This document shows, piece after piece, positions 31,598 through 41,533 of a DNA stretch of 64,000 bases. The stretch's first letter is position 1, and each line of letters starts with the position of its first letter. Origin of the DNA: an uncultured bacterium (GTDB lineage: Bacteria; Verrucomicrobiota; Verrucomicrobiia; Limisphaerales; UBA8199); assembly GCA_963749495.1 (NCBI GenBank), contig CAVVMW010000014.1, forward strand, positions 128,001 through 192,000, in the 5' to 3' direction. Below the pieces are notes generated by a model. That model did no database searches, was not told the origin of the DNA, and worked only from the letters and a program-made list of their open reading frames with translations. A program made the translations under genes and the position numbers.

Positions 31598-32869
31598 TCA
31601 CGCTCGGGTCGGGAGGGTGGCCCTCACTTGGCCGGCGGCGTCGGCGGGGCTGGCGGTTCGCTCCTGGCGTGTCCGCAGGTCCTTGACCCTGGCGAGCAAC
31701 TCGCCGGCGGGAGTGCGTTCGAGCCGAATCGTGCAGGCCGCCTTGAGTTCCTGGGCGCGCTTGAATTGCTTGTCCGATTTGGCGGGAGCCAGGCTGTAGT
31801 CCGCCACCAGGCCGGCACAACGCAAGTCGTGGACCAGCTTCAAGGAGGCGTTGCGCAGGGCCTCCTCCTCAATCAGACAATAGACGTCAATGGCCGCTTC
31901 GAACTTCGGCAGCCGCCCGCGGGCCTTGAGCAGTTCGAGCAGGACGACGTCGCCCATGCCGAACCCGAGCGCGGGGAGGTGGACCTTGCCGCCGCTGATG
32001 AGTTGGATAAGGTTGTCGTAGCGGCCGCCGCCGGCGATGGCGCGAAACTCGCCGCGCGGGTCGAAGGCCTCGAAAACGATGCCCGTATAGTAGGCCAGGC
32101 CGCGGATGACGCCATAGTCCACCCGGGCGAACTGCTGCAAGCCGCGCGCCGCCAGGTTATCCAGGATCTGGCCCAGTTGGGCCGTGGGCCTGGCTTGGTC
32201 GATGAAGGCCCTGACCTCCTCGAGGGAAAGGCCGAGCGCGGCCAGCTTCGAGCGGCTGGTCTCGGGTTCTTCCCGCTCCAGTTTGTTGATGGCCTGGTAG
32301 AAAGAATACTCCGCGCCGGCCTGGCCGTGGTGCTCGAGGAAGAAATCGTGCCAGGCATTCCGGCTGCTCAGCCGCACCACGAAGTCCTCCGCCGTGAGGC
32401 CCAGCGCGCGCAAGGCATCGATCAGCAAGGCGATCAGTTCGGCGTCGGCCCCGGGATGGCTCTCGCCGACGATGTCGGCGTTGAACTGGAAATGCTCGCG
32501 CAGGCGGCCCTTTTGCTGGCGCTCGTAGCGGAAGAGTTGCGGGAGCGTGAACCACTTGATCGGCTTCTTGTAGCTGCGCTCGTGAGCGGCCAACATCCGG
32601 GCCAGCGTGGGCGTCATCTCGGGACGCAACGCGACCTCGCGCTCTCCTTTGTCGCGGAAGTTGTATAATTGGGAGACGATCTCCTCGCCGCTCTTGGTGG
32701 TAAACAACTCGAGGGCCTCCAGGGGCGGGCCGTCGTATTCGCGGAACCCGTAAGAGCGGGCGGTGGCGCGCCAGCGCTCGAAAATGAACTGGCGCGCATC
32801 TGCGCTCCACAGGCCGGGCTGCGGGAGCGGTTCAGGGTAGAAATCGCGGAAACCGGGCAAACGTTCCAT
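31598..32869 (-). CDS. hisS: Histidine-tRNA ligase
   Basis: PGFRDFYP, LRPEMT, FRYERQQKGRLREHFQ, RGLAYYTG, GGGRYD. Confidence 0.96.
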   Translation of the reverse strand: MERLPGFRDFYPEPLPQPGLWSADARQFIFERWRATARSYGFREYDGPPLEALELFTTKSGEEIVSQLYNFRDKGEREVALRPEMTPTLARMLAAHERSYKKPIKWFTLPQLFRYERQQKGRLREHFQFNADIVGESHPGADAELIALLIDALRALGLTAEDFVVRLSSRNAWHDFFLEHHGQAGAEYSFYQAINKLEREEPETSRSKLAALGLSLEEVRAFIDQARPTAQLGQILDNLAARGLQQFARVDYGVIRGLAYYTGIVFEAFDPRGEFRAIAGGGRYDNLIQLISGGKVHLPALGFGMGDVVLLELLKARGRLPKFEAAIDVYCLIEEEALRNASLKLVHDLRCAGLVADYSLAPAKSDKQFKRAQELKAACTIRLERTPAGELLARVKDLRTRQERTASPADAAGQVRATLPTRA

Positions 32870-32883
32870 GCGGCGCGCTCCGG

Positions 32884-33198
32884 CTAACTGGACTGGGCCT
32901 TGGGCTTCGGGGAGAGCTTGAGGACCTCGGCGCGCAGTTCCTTGCCAGGCCGGAACCGGACGACCGCCCGCTCCGGGATCGGCACATCGGTGGTCGGCGC
33001 ATTGGGGTTCCGCCCGATCCTGGCCCGGCGCACCTTGATCTCAAAAACCCCGAAGTTCCTCAATTCCACCTTGTCGCCCCGTGCCAGGGCCTCGGCGATG
33101 TAGTTGAGGGTCCTTTGAACGATGCCCATCACATCCAATTGGATGAAACCGGTCTCACTGCTGATCCGCGCCACCAACTCCCGTTTTGTCAGAGTCAT
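32884..33198 (-). CDS. HU/IHF family DNA-binding protein
   Basis: MTLTKRELV...VELRNFGVF...GRNP...VRFRPGKEL. Confidence 0.92.
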   Translation of the reverse strand: MTLTKRELVARISSETGFIQLDVMGIVQRTLNYIAEALARGDKVELRNFGVFEIKVRRARIGRNPNAPTTDVPIPERAVVRFRPGKELRAEVLKLSPKPKAQSS

Positions 33199-33342
33199 AA
33201 GTCCTGTGGTACTGGGTGCTGCTTTGCTGTTCGGCTTCCGGTATAACTCGCGTCCTGACAATGGTCAAGGGACGAATTGCTGAATGACGAATGACGAATG
33301 ACGAATGAAAAACCGACCGTGCTGGCGTGGCGGCACCGCCCG

Positions 33343-33388
33343 AGGGCCGTTGACAAAGTCGTAGCGCAGGTTTGGGAATCTGCGCTAC
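33343..33388. repeat. Partial copy of the GCAGGTTT-GG REP family
   Basis: agggccgttgacaaagtcgtagcgcaggtttgggaatctgcgctac, overlapping the pyrD stop. Confidence 0.7.
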
Positions 33389-34299
33389 GAATCGAGTCGC
33401 ACGCTGCCGACGAGGTTGCGCACGTCGAGGATGCCGCGTTGCTCCATAAAGTCGCGAATGCCGGCAATGACGGCCAGGGCGGTCTGCGGTTCGTAGAAGT
33501 TGGCCGTGCCCACAGCCACGGCGGTGGCGCCAGCCATCATGAACTCGATGGCGTCGTCGGCGCTTTGGATGCCGCCCATGCCGATGATGGGGATTTTGAC
33601 GGCCCTGGCGGCGTCCCAGACCAGCTTGATGGCCAGCGGTTTGATGCACGGCCCCGTCAGACCGCCGGTCACGTTGGCCAGCTTGGGGCGGCCCGTCTGG
33701 ATGTCAATCGCCATGCCTGGGAAGCTGTTGGTGACGGACAACGCGTCGCTGCCGGCCTCTTCGGCGGCGCGGGCAAAAGGTTGGATGCTGGGCACATTGG
33801 GGCTCATCTTGGTGATCAAGGGCAGGGTGGTGGCCTGCCGGCACGCGGCGACAACCTGGCCCAGGAGCTTCGCATCCGTCCCGAACTGCGAGCCGCCCGC
33901 CTTGACATTCGGGCAGGAGACGTTGATTTCCAGGGCACCGACCCCTTCGAGCGCGTCGAAGCGCCGCGCCACCTCGCCATATTCCTGAACCGTAGCGCCC
34001 CAGATGTTGATGATCGTGGGCACCTTCAACCCCCTGAGAAAAGGCCAATACCTCTTGATGAAACCGTCCACCCCCGGTCCTTGCAGGCCGATGGCGTTGA
34101 GCAGGCCGCTGGCGGTCTCGGCCGTGCGCGGCGTCGGATTGCCTGGGACCTGGCCGAGCCGGAGGCCCTTGACGACCACCGCGCCCAGTTGGTTGAGGTC
34201 CAGGAGTTGAGCGTACTCCATGCCGTAGCCAAACGTGCCGGAGGCGACGGTCACCGGGTTTTGCATCCTCAATTTGCCGATCTGGACCGAGAGGTTCAT
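33385..34299 (-). CDS. pyrD: Dihydroorotate dehydrogenase B, catalytic subunit
   Basis: NPVTVASGTFGYG, NAIGLQGPG, EINVSCPN, GGLTGPCIKP. Confidence 0.95.
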   Translation of the reverse strand: MNLSVQIGKLRMQNPVTVASGTFGYGMEYAQLLDLNQLGAVVVKGLRLGQVPGNPTPRTAETASGLLNAIGLQGPGVDGFIKRYWPFLRGLKVPTIINIWGATVQEYGEVARRFDALEGVGALEINVSCPNVKAGGSQFGTDAKLLGQVVAACRQATTLPLITKMSPNVPSIQPFARAAEEAGSDALSVTNSFPGMAIDIQTGRPKLANVTGGLTGPCIKPLAIKLVWDAARAVKIPIIGMGGIQSADDAIEFMMAGATAVAVGTANFYEPQTALAVIAGIRDFMEQRGILDVRNLVGSVRLDS

Positions 34300-35111
34300 G
34301 CGCAGCGAGCCCCTCCCTGGATGCGGTTGGGGTTGTCCCAGAGGATGCGACGGGAATCGAAGACCGGTCCCTCGGTGCAGGTCCGCAGGTATTCCCAGCC
34401 CGATTCAGTCCTGACCGGGATCACACAGGTCAGGCAGACCCCCACGCCGCAGCACATGTGCTCATCCATCGAAAGTTCCGCCGGGACCTCGAACTGCGCC
34501 GCTATGGCCGCTACGGCCTTGAGCATTGGCGTGGGGCCGCAAGCGAAGAGCTTGGCCCCGGCCGAGTCGCGCTTCAGCTCCGCAGCCAGCGGCTGTGTCA
34601 CCAACCCCTTTTCGCCGCCGCTGCCGTCCTCAGTGGTCACGCGCACCGCCCAGCCCAGGGCGCGGAATTGCTCCTCGCACAGGATGTCCGCGCGGCGCCG
34701 CCCGCCCGCGAACACGATTCCCTTTTGCGGCGAGCGCTGCGCCAGCAGGTACAGGGCGGCCATGCCATAGCCGCCCGCCACGAGCAGCGGAGTCTCTTGT
34801 GCGGCCTGCGGCACCGTAAACCCCCGGCCCAGCGGCCCGATGACGCTCAATTCCTGGCCTGGCTGCATCTCGGACAGGACGCGGGTCCCGTTCCCAACGA
34901 CCTTGTAGAGGATCGAGAAGGTCTCGCCCTCCGCCTCGAAGATGCTGAAGGGCCGCCGCAGCAGGGCTTGCCGGAGCGGGAGGATGCGCACGTGAGCAAA
35001 CTGTCCCGGCTGGACCAGCGAGGCAATCCGGGGCGCGCGCACGGCCAGCCGGAAGTAAAGCTCGGTGTCGCGCTCGTTGGAAACGATCCGGACTGTCTGC
35101 TCAACCATCAT
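34296..35111 (-). CDS. pyrK: Dihydroorotate dehydrogenase electron-transfer subunit
   Basis: LRRPFSI, GPLGRGF, AGGYG, CGPTPM, MCCGVGVCLTC...CTEGPVF. Confidence 0.93.
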   Translation of the reverse strand: MMVEQTVRIVSNERDTELYFRLAVRAPRIASLVQPGQFAHVRILPLRQALLRRPFSIFEAEGETFSILYKVVGNGTRVLSEMQPGQELSVIGPLGRGFTVPQAAQETPLLVAGGYGMAALYLLAQRSPQKGIVFAGGRRRADILCEEQFRALGWAVRVTTEDGSGGEKGLVTQPLAAELKRDSAGAKLFACGPTPMLKAVAAIAAQFEVPAELSMDEHMCCGVGVCLTCVIPVRTESGWEYLRTCTEGPVFDSRRILWDNPNRIQGGARCA

Positions 35112-35312
35112 CGGTTCCAGCATGGTTGCCGCTAGGGGGGCTGTCAATGGCCGGCACGGGCAAGGGACAAAAGCGACACAAGGGACATAAGGGACGCGAT
35201 GGCATCGCCCGGCCCGTGACAAAACGCTGGACTGGCGCGATGTGCTCCATAGACTGCCGGCATAATTATGGCCAAAGTACCTCCCGCCGCTCCGCCCCTC
35301 CGCCACACCGCC

Positions 35313-37436
35313 ATGCTGCAGGCTCCAGGTAAGGCCACTTTAGCCTTTAGCCTTCGGCCTTTAGCCTTTCTTCTTCTGGCGCTGTGCGCGCGGGGGGACG
35401 AGGGGATGTGGCTCTACAATCGCCCTCCCCGCAACCTGGTCCGGGAGAAGTACGGGTTCGAGCTGACGGACGCGTGGTTGGAGCATCTCCAGCAGTCTTC
35501 GGTGCGGATGGGCGCCTCGGCGGCGTTTGTCTCCCAGGACGGGCTCATTCTCTCGAACCACCACGTCGGCTCCGGCGCTTTGCAACGTCTCAGCTCCAAG
35601 GAGCACAATTACCTGCGGGACGGGTTCTATGCCCGGACCCGCGCCGAGGAGAAGATGTGCCCGGGGCTGGAGGTCAGCGTGCTCAAGGAGATCGAGGACG
35701 TTACAGCAGGGGTCAACGCGGCCGTGCAGCCGGGGATGTCGGACGAGGCGGCGTTTGGCGCCCGGCGGGCGGCCATTGCGGCCATCGAGAAAGAGTCGCA
35801 GGACAAGACTGGTTTGAAAAGTGAGGTGGTCACGCTTTACCAGGGCGCGGAGTACCATCTCTACCGCTACAAGAGGTACACCGACATCCGGCTGGTGTTT
35901 GCGCCCGAGGAACAGATCGCCTTCTATGGGGGCGACCCGGACAATTTCGAGTATCCCCGGTTCGACCTGGACATCTGCCTGTTCCGCGCCTACGAGCAGG
36001 GGCGGCCCGCCAAGGTCGGGCATTACCTCAAGTGGAGCCGGAGCGGGCCCACAGACCATGAGTTGGTGTTTGTGTCGGGCCATCCGGCACGGACGGACCG
36101 TTTCCGGACGGTGTCGGAGCTGGAGTATCAACGGGACCGGGAGTTCCCCAGGAGCCTGGAGCGGCTCAAGCGGCTGGAGGTCTTGCTCGGGGCTTACAGC
36201 GAGCGCAGCGCCGAGAACGCCCGCCGCGCCCGCAACGATTTGTTCGGCGTGCGCAACTCGCGCAAGGCGCGCGATGGCGCCCTGGCCGGGTTGCTCGACC
36301 CCAAGCTCATGGAGAGCAAGCGGGCGGCCCAGGAGAAGCTGCGCGCTTCGGTCAAGGCGATGGCGGAGCACCCGGATCGGGCTGGAAACGCGGCGAATTT
36401 CGTCCCGGCGCAGGTCCTGCAGGTCTGGGACCGGATTGCGCAGGCGCAGAAGGGCATCGGCGACTGCGCCGTCGAGTATGACCTGCTCGAACGAGGCACC
36501 GGCTTCAACACCATGTTGTTCCGCTACGCCCGCTCCCTGCTGCGTGCCGGCGCCGAGGGGGCCAAGCCGGACGGCCAGCGCCTCGAGGAATATCGCGAGA
36601 CAGTCCGCGCCTCTTTCGAGCATGGACTCTTCGCCGAGAACCCGGTCTATGAAGACCTCGAGACTCTCAAGCTGGCCGATTCGCTGACCTGGCTCATCGA
36701 GGAGCTCGGCTGCGAGCATCCATTGGTGCAGAGGGTCCTGGCGGGCAAGTCGCCGCAAGAACGCGCCGGCGAGGCGGTGCGCGGCACCAGGCTCGGCTCG
36801 GCGGCCACACGCCGCCAATGGTATGAGGGCGGTCCTCAGGCGCTCGAACAGGCCCGCGACCCGATGATCGAACTGGCGCGGCTGGTCGATCCGGAGGCGC
36901 GCGCTGTCCGCAAAGAGACAGAGGCGCGGCAGGAAGCCATTCGCCAGGCCCATGCCCTGATCGGCAAGGCCCGCTATGGCCTTGCCGGGCCGGACCAATA
37001 CCCCGACGCCACCGGGACGCTGCGCCTGTCTTATGGCATCGTGGCCGGTTACCAGGAAGAGGGCCGCGGCATCCCATCCGAAACGACCTTCGCTGGCCTT
37101 TACCAGCGCGCGGCCGGCCAGCACTACCGGCCGCCCTTCGATCTGCCGCCACGCTGGCTGGCCAGGCAGAACAAGTTGAACCGGGCCACGCCCTTGAATC
37201 TTGTCTGCACCGCCGACATCATCGGCGGCAACTCCGGAAGCCCGGTCGTCAATGCCCGGGGCGAATTTGTCGGGGTCATCTTCGACGGCAACATCCAGTC
37301 GCTGGTGACCGACTTCATCTACACCGAAGACCAGGCGCGAGCCGTGTGCGTCCACTCCAGCGCAATCCTCGAGGCCCTGCGCAAGGTGTATGATGCGGGG
37401 GCGCTCGCGCAGGAGTTGGCGGGGGGGCGCTGGTGA
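35313..37436 (+). CDS. S46 family dipeptidyl peptidase
   Basis: DEGMW, SNHHV, GGDPDNFEYPR, PDATGTLRLSYG, DIIGGNSGSP, FDGN; start codon uncertain. Confidence 0.92.
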   Translation: MLQAPGKATLAFSLRPLAFLLLALCARGDEGMWLYNRPPRNLVREKYGFELTDAWLEHLQQSSVRMGASAAFVSQDGLILSNHHVGSGALQRLSSKEHNYLRDGFYARTRAEEKMCPGLEVSVLKEIEDVTAGVNAAVQPGMSDEAAFGARRAAIAAIEKESQDKTGLKSEVVTLYQGAEYHLYRYKRYTDIRLVFAPEEQIAFYGGDPDNFEYPRFDLDICLFRAYEQGRPAKVGHYLKWSRSGPTDHELVFVSGHPARTDRFRTVSELEYQRDREFPRSLERLKRLEVLLGAYSERSAENARRARNDLFGVRNSRKARDGALAGLLDPKLMESKRAAQEKLRASVKAMAEHPDRAGNAANFVPAQVLQVWDRIAQAQKGIGDCAVEYDLLERGTGFNTMLFRYARSLLRAGAEGAKPDGQRLEEYRETVRASFEHGLFAENPVYEDLETLKLADSLTWLIEELGCEHPLVQRVLAGKSPQERAGEAVRGTRLGSAATRRQWYEGGPQALEQARDPMIELARLVDPEARAVRKETEARQEAIRQAHALIGKARYGLAGPDQYPDATGTLRLSYGIVAGYQEEGRGIPSETTFAGLYQRAAGQHYRPPFDLPPRWLARQNKLNRATPLNLVCTADIIGGNSGSPVVNARGEFVGVIFDGNIQSLVTDFIYTEDQARAVCVHSSAILEALRKVYDAGALAQELAGGRW

Positions 37437-37789
37437 AGAGCGGAGGGCGGAATGACGAATGACGAATGACGAATGACGGCTATCGAGGACATAGGGGCGA
37501 GACGGAGGTCAATCTCCGACGTGGCGAAGCGGCTCCAGAAGCCTCGATTCGACAGGGTCGTGCAGCAGGTGATGAAGCTATTGCGGCCAGGACACTATTG
37601 ACCTGGGAACGAGCTTGTTCGCCGCAAAGACGCGGCATTAGCGTTGTTCGCGGTCGAATGTGCTCGAAAGCCAGGCTTTGGCTGGGTAATAACGGCTCCG
37701 AAGCTCCAAAGTGGGTGCGAAAGATTCGGGTTCTCCAAATGCGTATCTTTCCAGTAATCATTCAACACCCCTGCTGTCCATGGGCGAAG

Positions 37790-37990
37790 ACCAGGGGCCA
37801 ATGGTGCACCGGACAGTGGCCAGACGCCCGAGTCGGTCATAACCGTAGCTCAAGGCCGGGGTGGAGTCGGAGTAGGCAACGCCGCTCAGTTCGCCGGCGA
37901 TGTCGTAGGTGTACGTCGTAGTGACGCCGCGGGCCCAGGTGCGGGACTCAAGGCGGCCCGCGGGGGTGTAAGTGTAAAGCGGGCCGGCCA
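37790..37990 (-). pseudogene. Rhs/YD-repeat fragment
   Basis: YTYTPAGRLESRTWARGVTTTYTYDIAGEL...YGYDRLGRL. Confidence 0.75.
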
Positions 37991-38136
37991 AACCGTTGTT
38001 GGAGGTGTGCTGGTGAGCCACCTCCGGACGATGGCACGATACTAGGGACCCCTTTTCAGTCCAAAGTCCACAGTCCTCAGCCCGGCAAGCGCGCGGCTGG
38101 GCACAGAATCCATAGCCTGGCAGGCGCGCGGGGCAC

Positions 38137-38169
38137 AAAAAAGCCTCAACCCGCCAAGGGGGTTGAGGC
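38137..38169 (-). terminator. Rho-independent terminator
   Basis: gcctcaaccc/gggttgaggc stem followed by T6 on the minus strand, downstream of the SEL1 gene. Confidence 0.75.
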
Positions 38170-38211
38170 GCGGACATCCTGGATCAAGCGAGCGGCCTTG
38201 TCAAGAGCCGC

Positions 38212-38976
38212 TCATCGGGGCGCTGATTGCTCCAGCAGCGCCTTCAGGGCTTGCTCGGCCTCCTTGTCGCCGTGGGCCGCCGCCTTCTGCAGCCATAGGC
38301 GCGCCTGGGCGAGGTCCTGCGCCACGCCCTTGCCGTCGCGATACATTTCGCCCACGCGGCGCTCGGCGAATGCGGAGCCGTCCGCCGTTTGTTCCATGTA
38401 AAACCGGAACACGGCGGGCGCTTGGGCTCGGACCCGCTCTTCGCGCTTTTTGCGTGCCTCGGCGATCTGCTCCGCGGTGCGGGCCACGGGGGCCGGCGGC
38501 TTGACTATCTCGCCAAAGTCAAATTTCGGGATCGTGCGCCGGCTGCTGGCGACGGTCGGATAGCTATACATCCCGGCGCGCCTGGCAGCGTAGAAATTCG
38601 TACGTTCGAGATGCTGGCCGTCGGCCACCGGGAACGGGAAATTGGCGACCCAGAAATCGCGGCCCTCGCCGTTGGTCTCGCCCAGGAGCGTGTAGAAGGC
38701 CCCATCCACGCGGATGCCGGAAGAGGAAACGTCCACGACTTTGCCCTCGAACTGATACCAGCCTGGCGCCAGGACGCTCTCCGTAAGGCCATCGACAACG
38801 CGCCAAAGGCTTTCACGGAGCGCCGCCCGCATCTTGCGCTGCCTGTCCATCTGCTCCATGGATCGGATCACATCGGGCTCCGGCCTGTCGGACGGATACG
38901 AAAAACCGGTCCCAGCCTGGACGATGGAGGGTGCCAGCCCCGACAGGGCCAACATGACGCCTAAAACAATCTTCAT
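38212..38976 (-). CDS. Secreted protein with C-terminal SEL1 repeat
   Basis: Signal peptide MKIVLGVMLALSGLAPSIVQA; GEMYRDGKGVAQDLAQARLWLQKAAAHG. Confidence 0.8.
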   Translation of the reverse strand: MKIVLGVMLALSGLAPSIVQAGTGFSYPSDRPEPDVIRSMEQMDRQRKMRAALRESLWRVVDGLTESVLAPGWYQFEGKVVDVSSSGIRVDGAFYTLLGETNGEGRDFWVANFPFPVADGQHLERTNFYAARRAGMYSYPTVASSRRTIPKFDFGEIVKPPAPVARTAEQIAEARKKREERVRAQAPAVFRFYMEQTADGSAFAERRVGEMYRDGKGVAQDLAQARLWLQKAAAHGDKEAEQALKALLEQSAPR

Positions 38977-39035
38977 GGTCTTCGCATTCTTGACCGGTTG
39001 GACGGCATCTGTCCCACCACTGGGGTTACTGATAC

Positions 39036-39180
39036 TGATAAGAAATTCCTTTTTGGGGTGCGCGCATGTACTCAGCGCTGCGCGGGTCAGGGAGAAGTGG
39101 TTTTGGGTCTCACTGAGCATGCCGACACCGTGCGAGACGGCGGCCGGGGTGTCAAGCGCCATTTTTTGCCGGGTTTCTGC
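39036..39180 (-). mobile_element. Orphan IS91-like end (oriIS-like) with outward promoter
   Basis: Diverged copy of 44214-44365; TTGACA-17 bp; ends GAATTTCTTATCAG. Confidence 0.55.
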
Positions 39181-39198
39181 GCGTCTTGGGCCAGCGCG

Positions 39199-39491
39199 GA
39201 AAAGGGTCAAACTATAACTTTTCACTTTATGTCGGCTTGGGGCTCGATTTTGCCGGCTACGTACACGGCTCCCGGACACTGGACCCGCGGTCGGCGCGTG
39301 GCATTGACCATCGTGCCAACCACTCCGCCGGCTGTCACTGTGGAAAGAAAAGGGTCAAACTATAACTTTTCACTTTATGTCGGCTTGGGGCTCGATTTTG
39401 CCGGCTACGTACACGGCTCCCGGACACTGGACCCGCGGTCGGCGCGTGGCATTGACCATCGTGCCAACCACTCCGCCGGCTGTCACTGTGG
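39199..39491. repeat. Tandem duplication, 148-bp period
   Basis: gaaaagggtcaaactataacttttc...ctgtcactgtgg at 39199-39343 and 39347-39491. Confidence 0.9.
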
Positions 39492-39746
39492 GAAAAGTAA
39501 AGGTTTGACCCAGTCCATGTGGGAAAAGTTAAGGTTGACCCCTTCCACGATCAGCCACGCCTGGCCTCGCACCCACACCGTAAAGTCGGCTCTCGTTTCC
39601 GTCCAAACAGTGTTCGGCTCCTGAAATACCCTTTCGTCGATCACGCCTTCAACTTCGTATTCCTGCGCTGCGACAAGGCGAGTGCAAGCGGGCGATGCAA
39701 GCAGCGCGGCACCGCAAAGGCTGATTTGTGAGAGCGCCAAGCGCAT
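39483..39746 (-). pseudogene. Truncated secreted protein
   Basis: Signal peptide; start overlaps the upstream stop; runs into GGGTCAA motifs at about 39543. Confidence 0.5.
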
Positions 39747-40654
39747 CAGCCCGCAGCCCGTTGGGTTATTCGGCTCACAAAGAGAGCCACTGGGCTTAGG
39801 AGCCCAAAAGTGTGGCCGTCCGCGCCGGATTCGCGGCGCGCCTCAGCCGCCGGCAGCCCCGTGATGGAAAGGCCCAGAGGACTGCCCCCTCGCGGGCTGG
39901 CCTCGGAAGACTTCGATGGCTTACTTGAGGCGTTCACCTTGTCTATCAATCCCTTCAGAACCGCAGGGTCCAGCTTCAGCGTTCTCCCTTCGGCGGAAAT
40001 CTCTTCACTGAACGGCGTGGCACGGTACAGGCCTACCACAGCCTCCTCGAACCGCCCGCGCCAATCAATCAACGCGTTCGCCGCGATTGCTTTGTCGTGG
40101 GCGATCATTTGCTCCTCGTGCCTGGCAACCATCGCTCGATACGCCGGGTCGTTGGTACTGACAACGAGAAGGGTGAAACCACCAACTTGAGGAACTTCCT
40201 GCTTTTGGAACACCTTCATCTGGCTCATCACCAGTGACAATCCCTTAAGATTCGCAATCAAGGCCCGCTTTCTCAAGACCGCCTCCTCCCGCAGGCTCAG
40301 CCCACGGGAAATCTCCACCTGCAGGGCTTCTCCCAATGCCGCGTAGGCACGGCATGCGTCGTCCGTTGCAAGCGGATGCCTGAGTGCCTCCTCGGCATTC
40401 CTAACGATGCCGTCAGGTGCATCCCATCGAAATCCCCTGTGCAACGCCAACGCCAGGTAAGCCCTGCCGGTCGCCGCGGGAGAATTGGTGTGCTCGTCCA
40501 GGAACGCGTTGCATCGCTCTTGAGCCAGTTCCACACTGCCGGCAAACCGTATCGCAAGCAACCCTCGTTCAAGCCTTTCGTCGGACTTGGCAGCGCACAA
40601 AGACAAGCATATTCCTATTGCAAGCACCGATAAAGTTGCACGTTCCAAATCCAT
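39746..40654 (-). CDS. Secreted hypothetical protein
   Basis: 302-aa ORF with hydrophobic N-terminus and lower GC. Confidence 0.6.
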   Translation of the reverse strand: MDLERATLSVLAIGICLSLCAAKSDERLERGLLAIRFAGSVELAQERCNAFLDEHTNSPAATGRAYLALALHRGFRWDAPDGIVRNAEEALRHPLATDDACRAYAALGEALQVEISRGLSLREEAVLRKRALIANLKGLSLVMSQMKVFQKQEVPQVGGFTLLVVSTNDPAYRAMVARHEEQMIAHDKAIAANALIDWRGRFEEAVVGLYRATPFSEEISAEGRTLKLDPAVLKGLIDKVNASSKPSKSSEASPRGGSPLGLSITGLPAAEARRESGADGHTFGLLSPVALFVSRITQRAAG

Positions 40655-40792
40655 TGACTTTAGTGTCAGCGGCGGCGGGAACGCGGATGAAAAGCGCCGG
40701 TTCCAAAATCTGAGCGGGCGGAGGGTCGAAAAGCAAACAACCGGCAGCTTCTGCTGCCGGTTTTGCGACGGAACTGATAGTGGAGAACCGGA

Positions 40793-41533
40793 TCACGTTT
40801 GGATTTGGTCTTTCATGCGAAAGCTGGTGCCTTCGACGACGACCGTCTCGGCGTGATGGAGGAGCCGATCCAGGACGGCGGAGGCCAGCGTGGCGTCATT
40901 GTTGAAGATGCTGGCCCACTGTTTGAAGGGTTTGTTGGTAGTCACCACGATGGAACCGCGCTCGTAGCGCTGGCTGATAACCTGGAAGAGCAGGTCGGCG
41001 CCATGCTGGTCGATGGGCAGGTAGCCGATCTCATCCAAGATCAACAGCCGGGGACGGAGGTATTTGCGGAGTTCACTTTTGAGGCGGCTGCTTTTCTGGG
41101 CGGCGCTGAGTTGGTTGATGACATTGATGGCGTTGGCAAAGAGAACCGAGTGGCCCTCCAGACAGGCCGCGTAGCCGAGGGCGGTGGCCAAGTGGGTCTT
41201 GCCCAAGCCAACGTTGCCCAGGAAGATGGCGTTGGCGTTCTGTTCCAGGAACTGCAGGCGAAAGAGGTTCTGCACCTGGAGCCGATTGATTTTCTTAAGC
41301 CAATCCCACTGGAACTGTTCGAGGGTCTTGATGACCGGAAAGCGCGCGGCCTTCACGTGCAGGGCCACGGCGCGCTCCCGGCGCTGCTGGTATTGGCCGT
41401 CGATGAGCCGGGCCAGGTATTCGGCGTGAGTCCAGGGCTGCCGGGCAGCCTGCTGGGCCAGGTCGTCGTATTGCGCCTTCAGGAAAGGCAGTTTGAGGTA
41501 GTCGAGTTGCTGAGCCAGGAGGGAGGGGTTCAT
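40793..41533 (-). CDS. istB: IS21 helper ATPase
   Basis: GNVGLGKTHLA, LLILDEIGYLP, LFQVISQRYERGS, AVLDRLLHHA. Confidence 0.96.
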   Translation of the reverse strand: MNPSLLAQQLDYLKLPFLKAQYDDLAQQAARQPWTHAEYLARLIDGQYQQRRERAVALHVKAARFPVIKTLEQFQWDWLKKINRLQVQNLFRLQFLEQNANAIFLGNVGLGKTHLATALGYAACLEGHSVLFANAINVINQLSAAQKSSRLKSELRKYLRPRLLILDEIGYLPIDQHGADLLFQVISQRYERGSIVVTTNKPFKQWASIFNNDATLASAVLDRLLHHAETVVVEGTSFRMKDQIQT

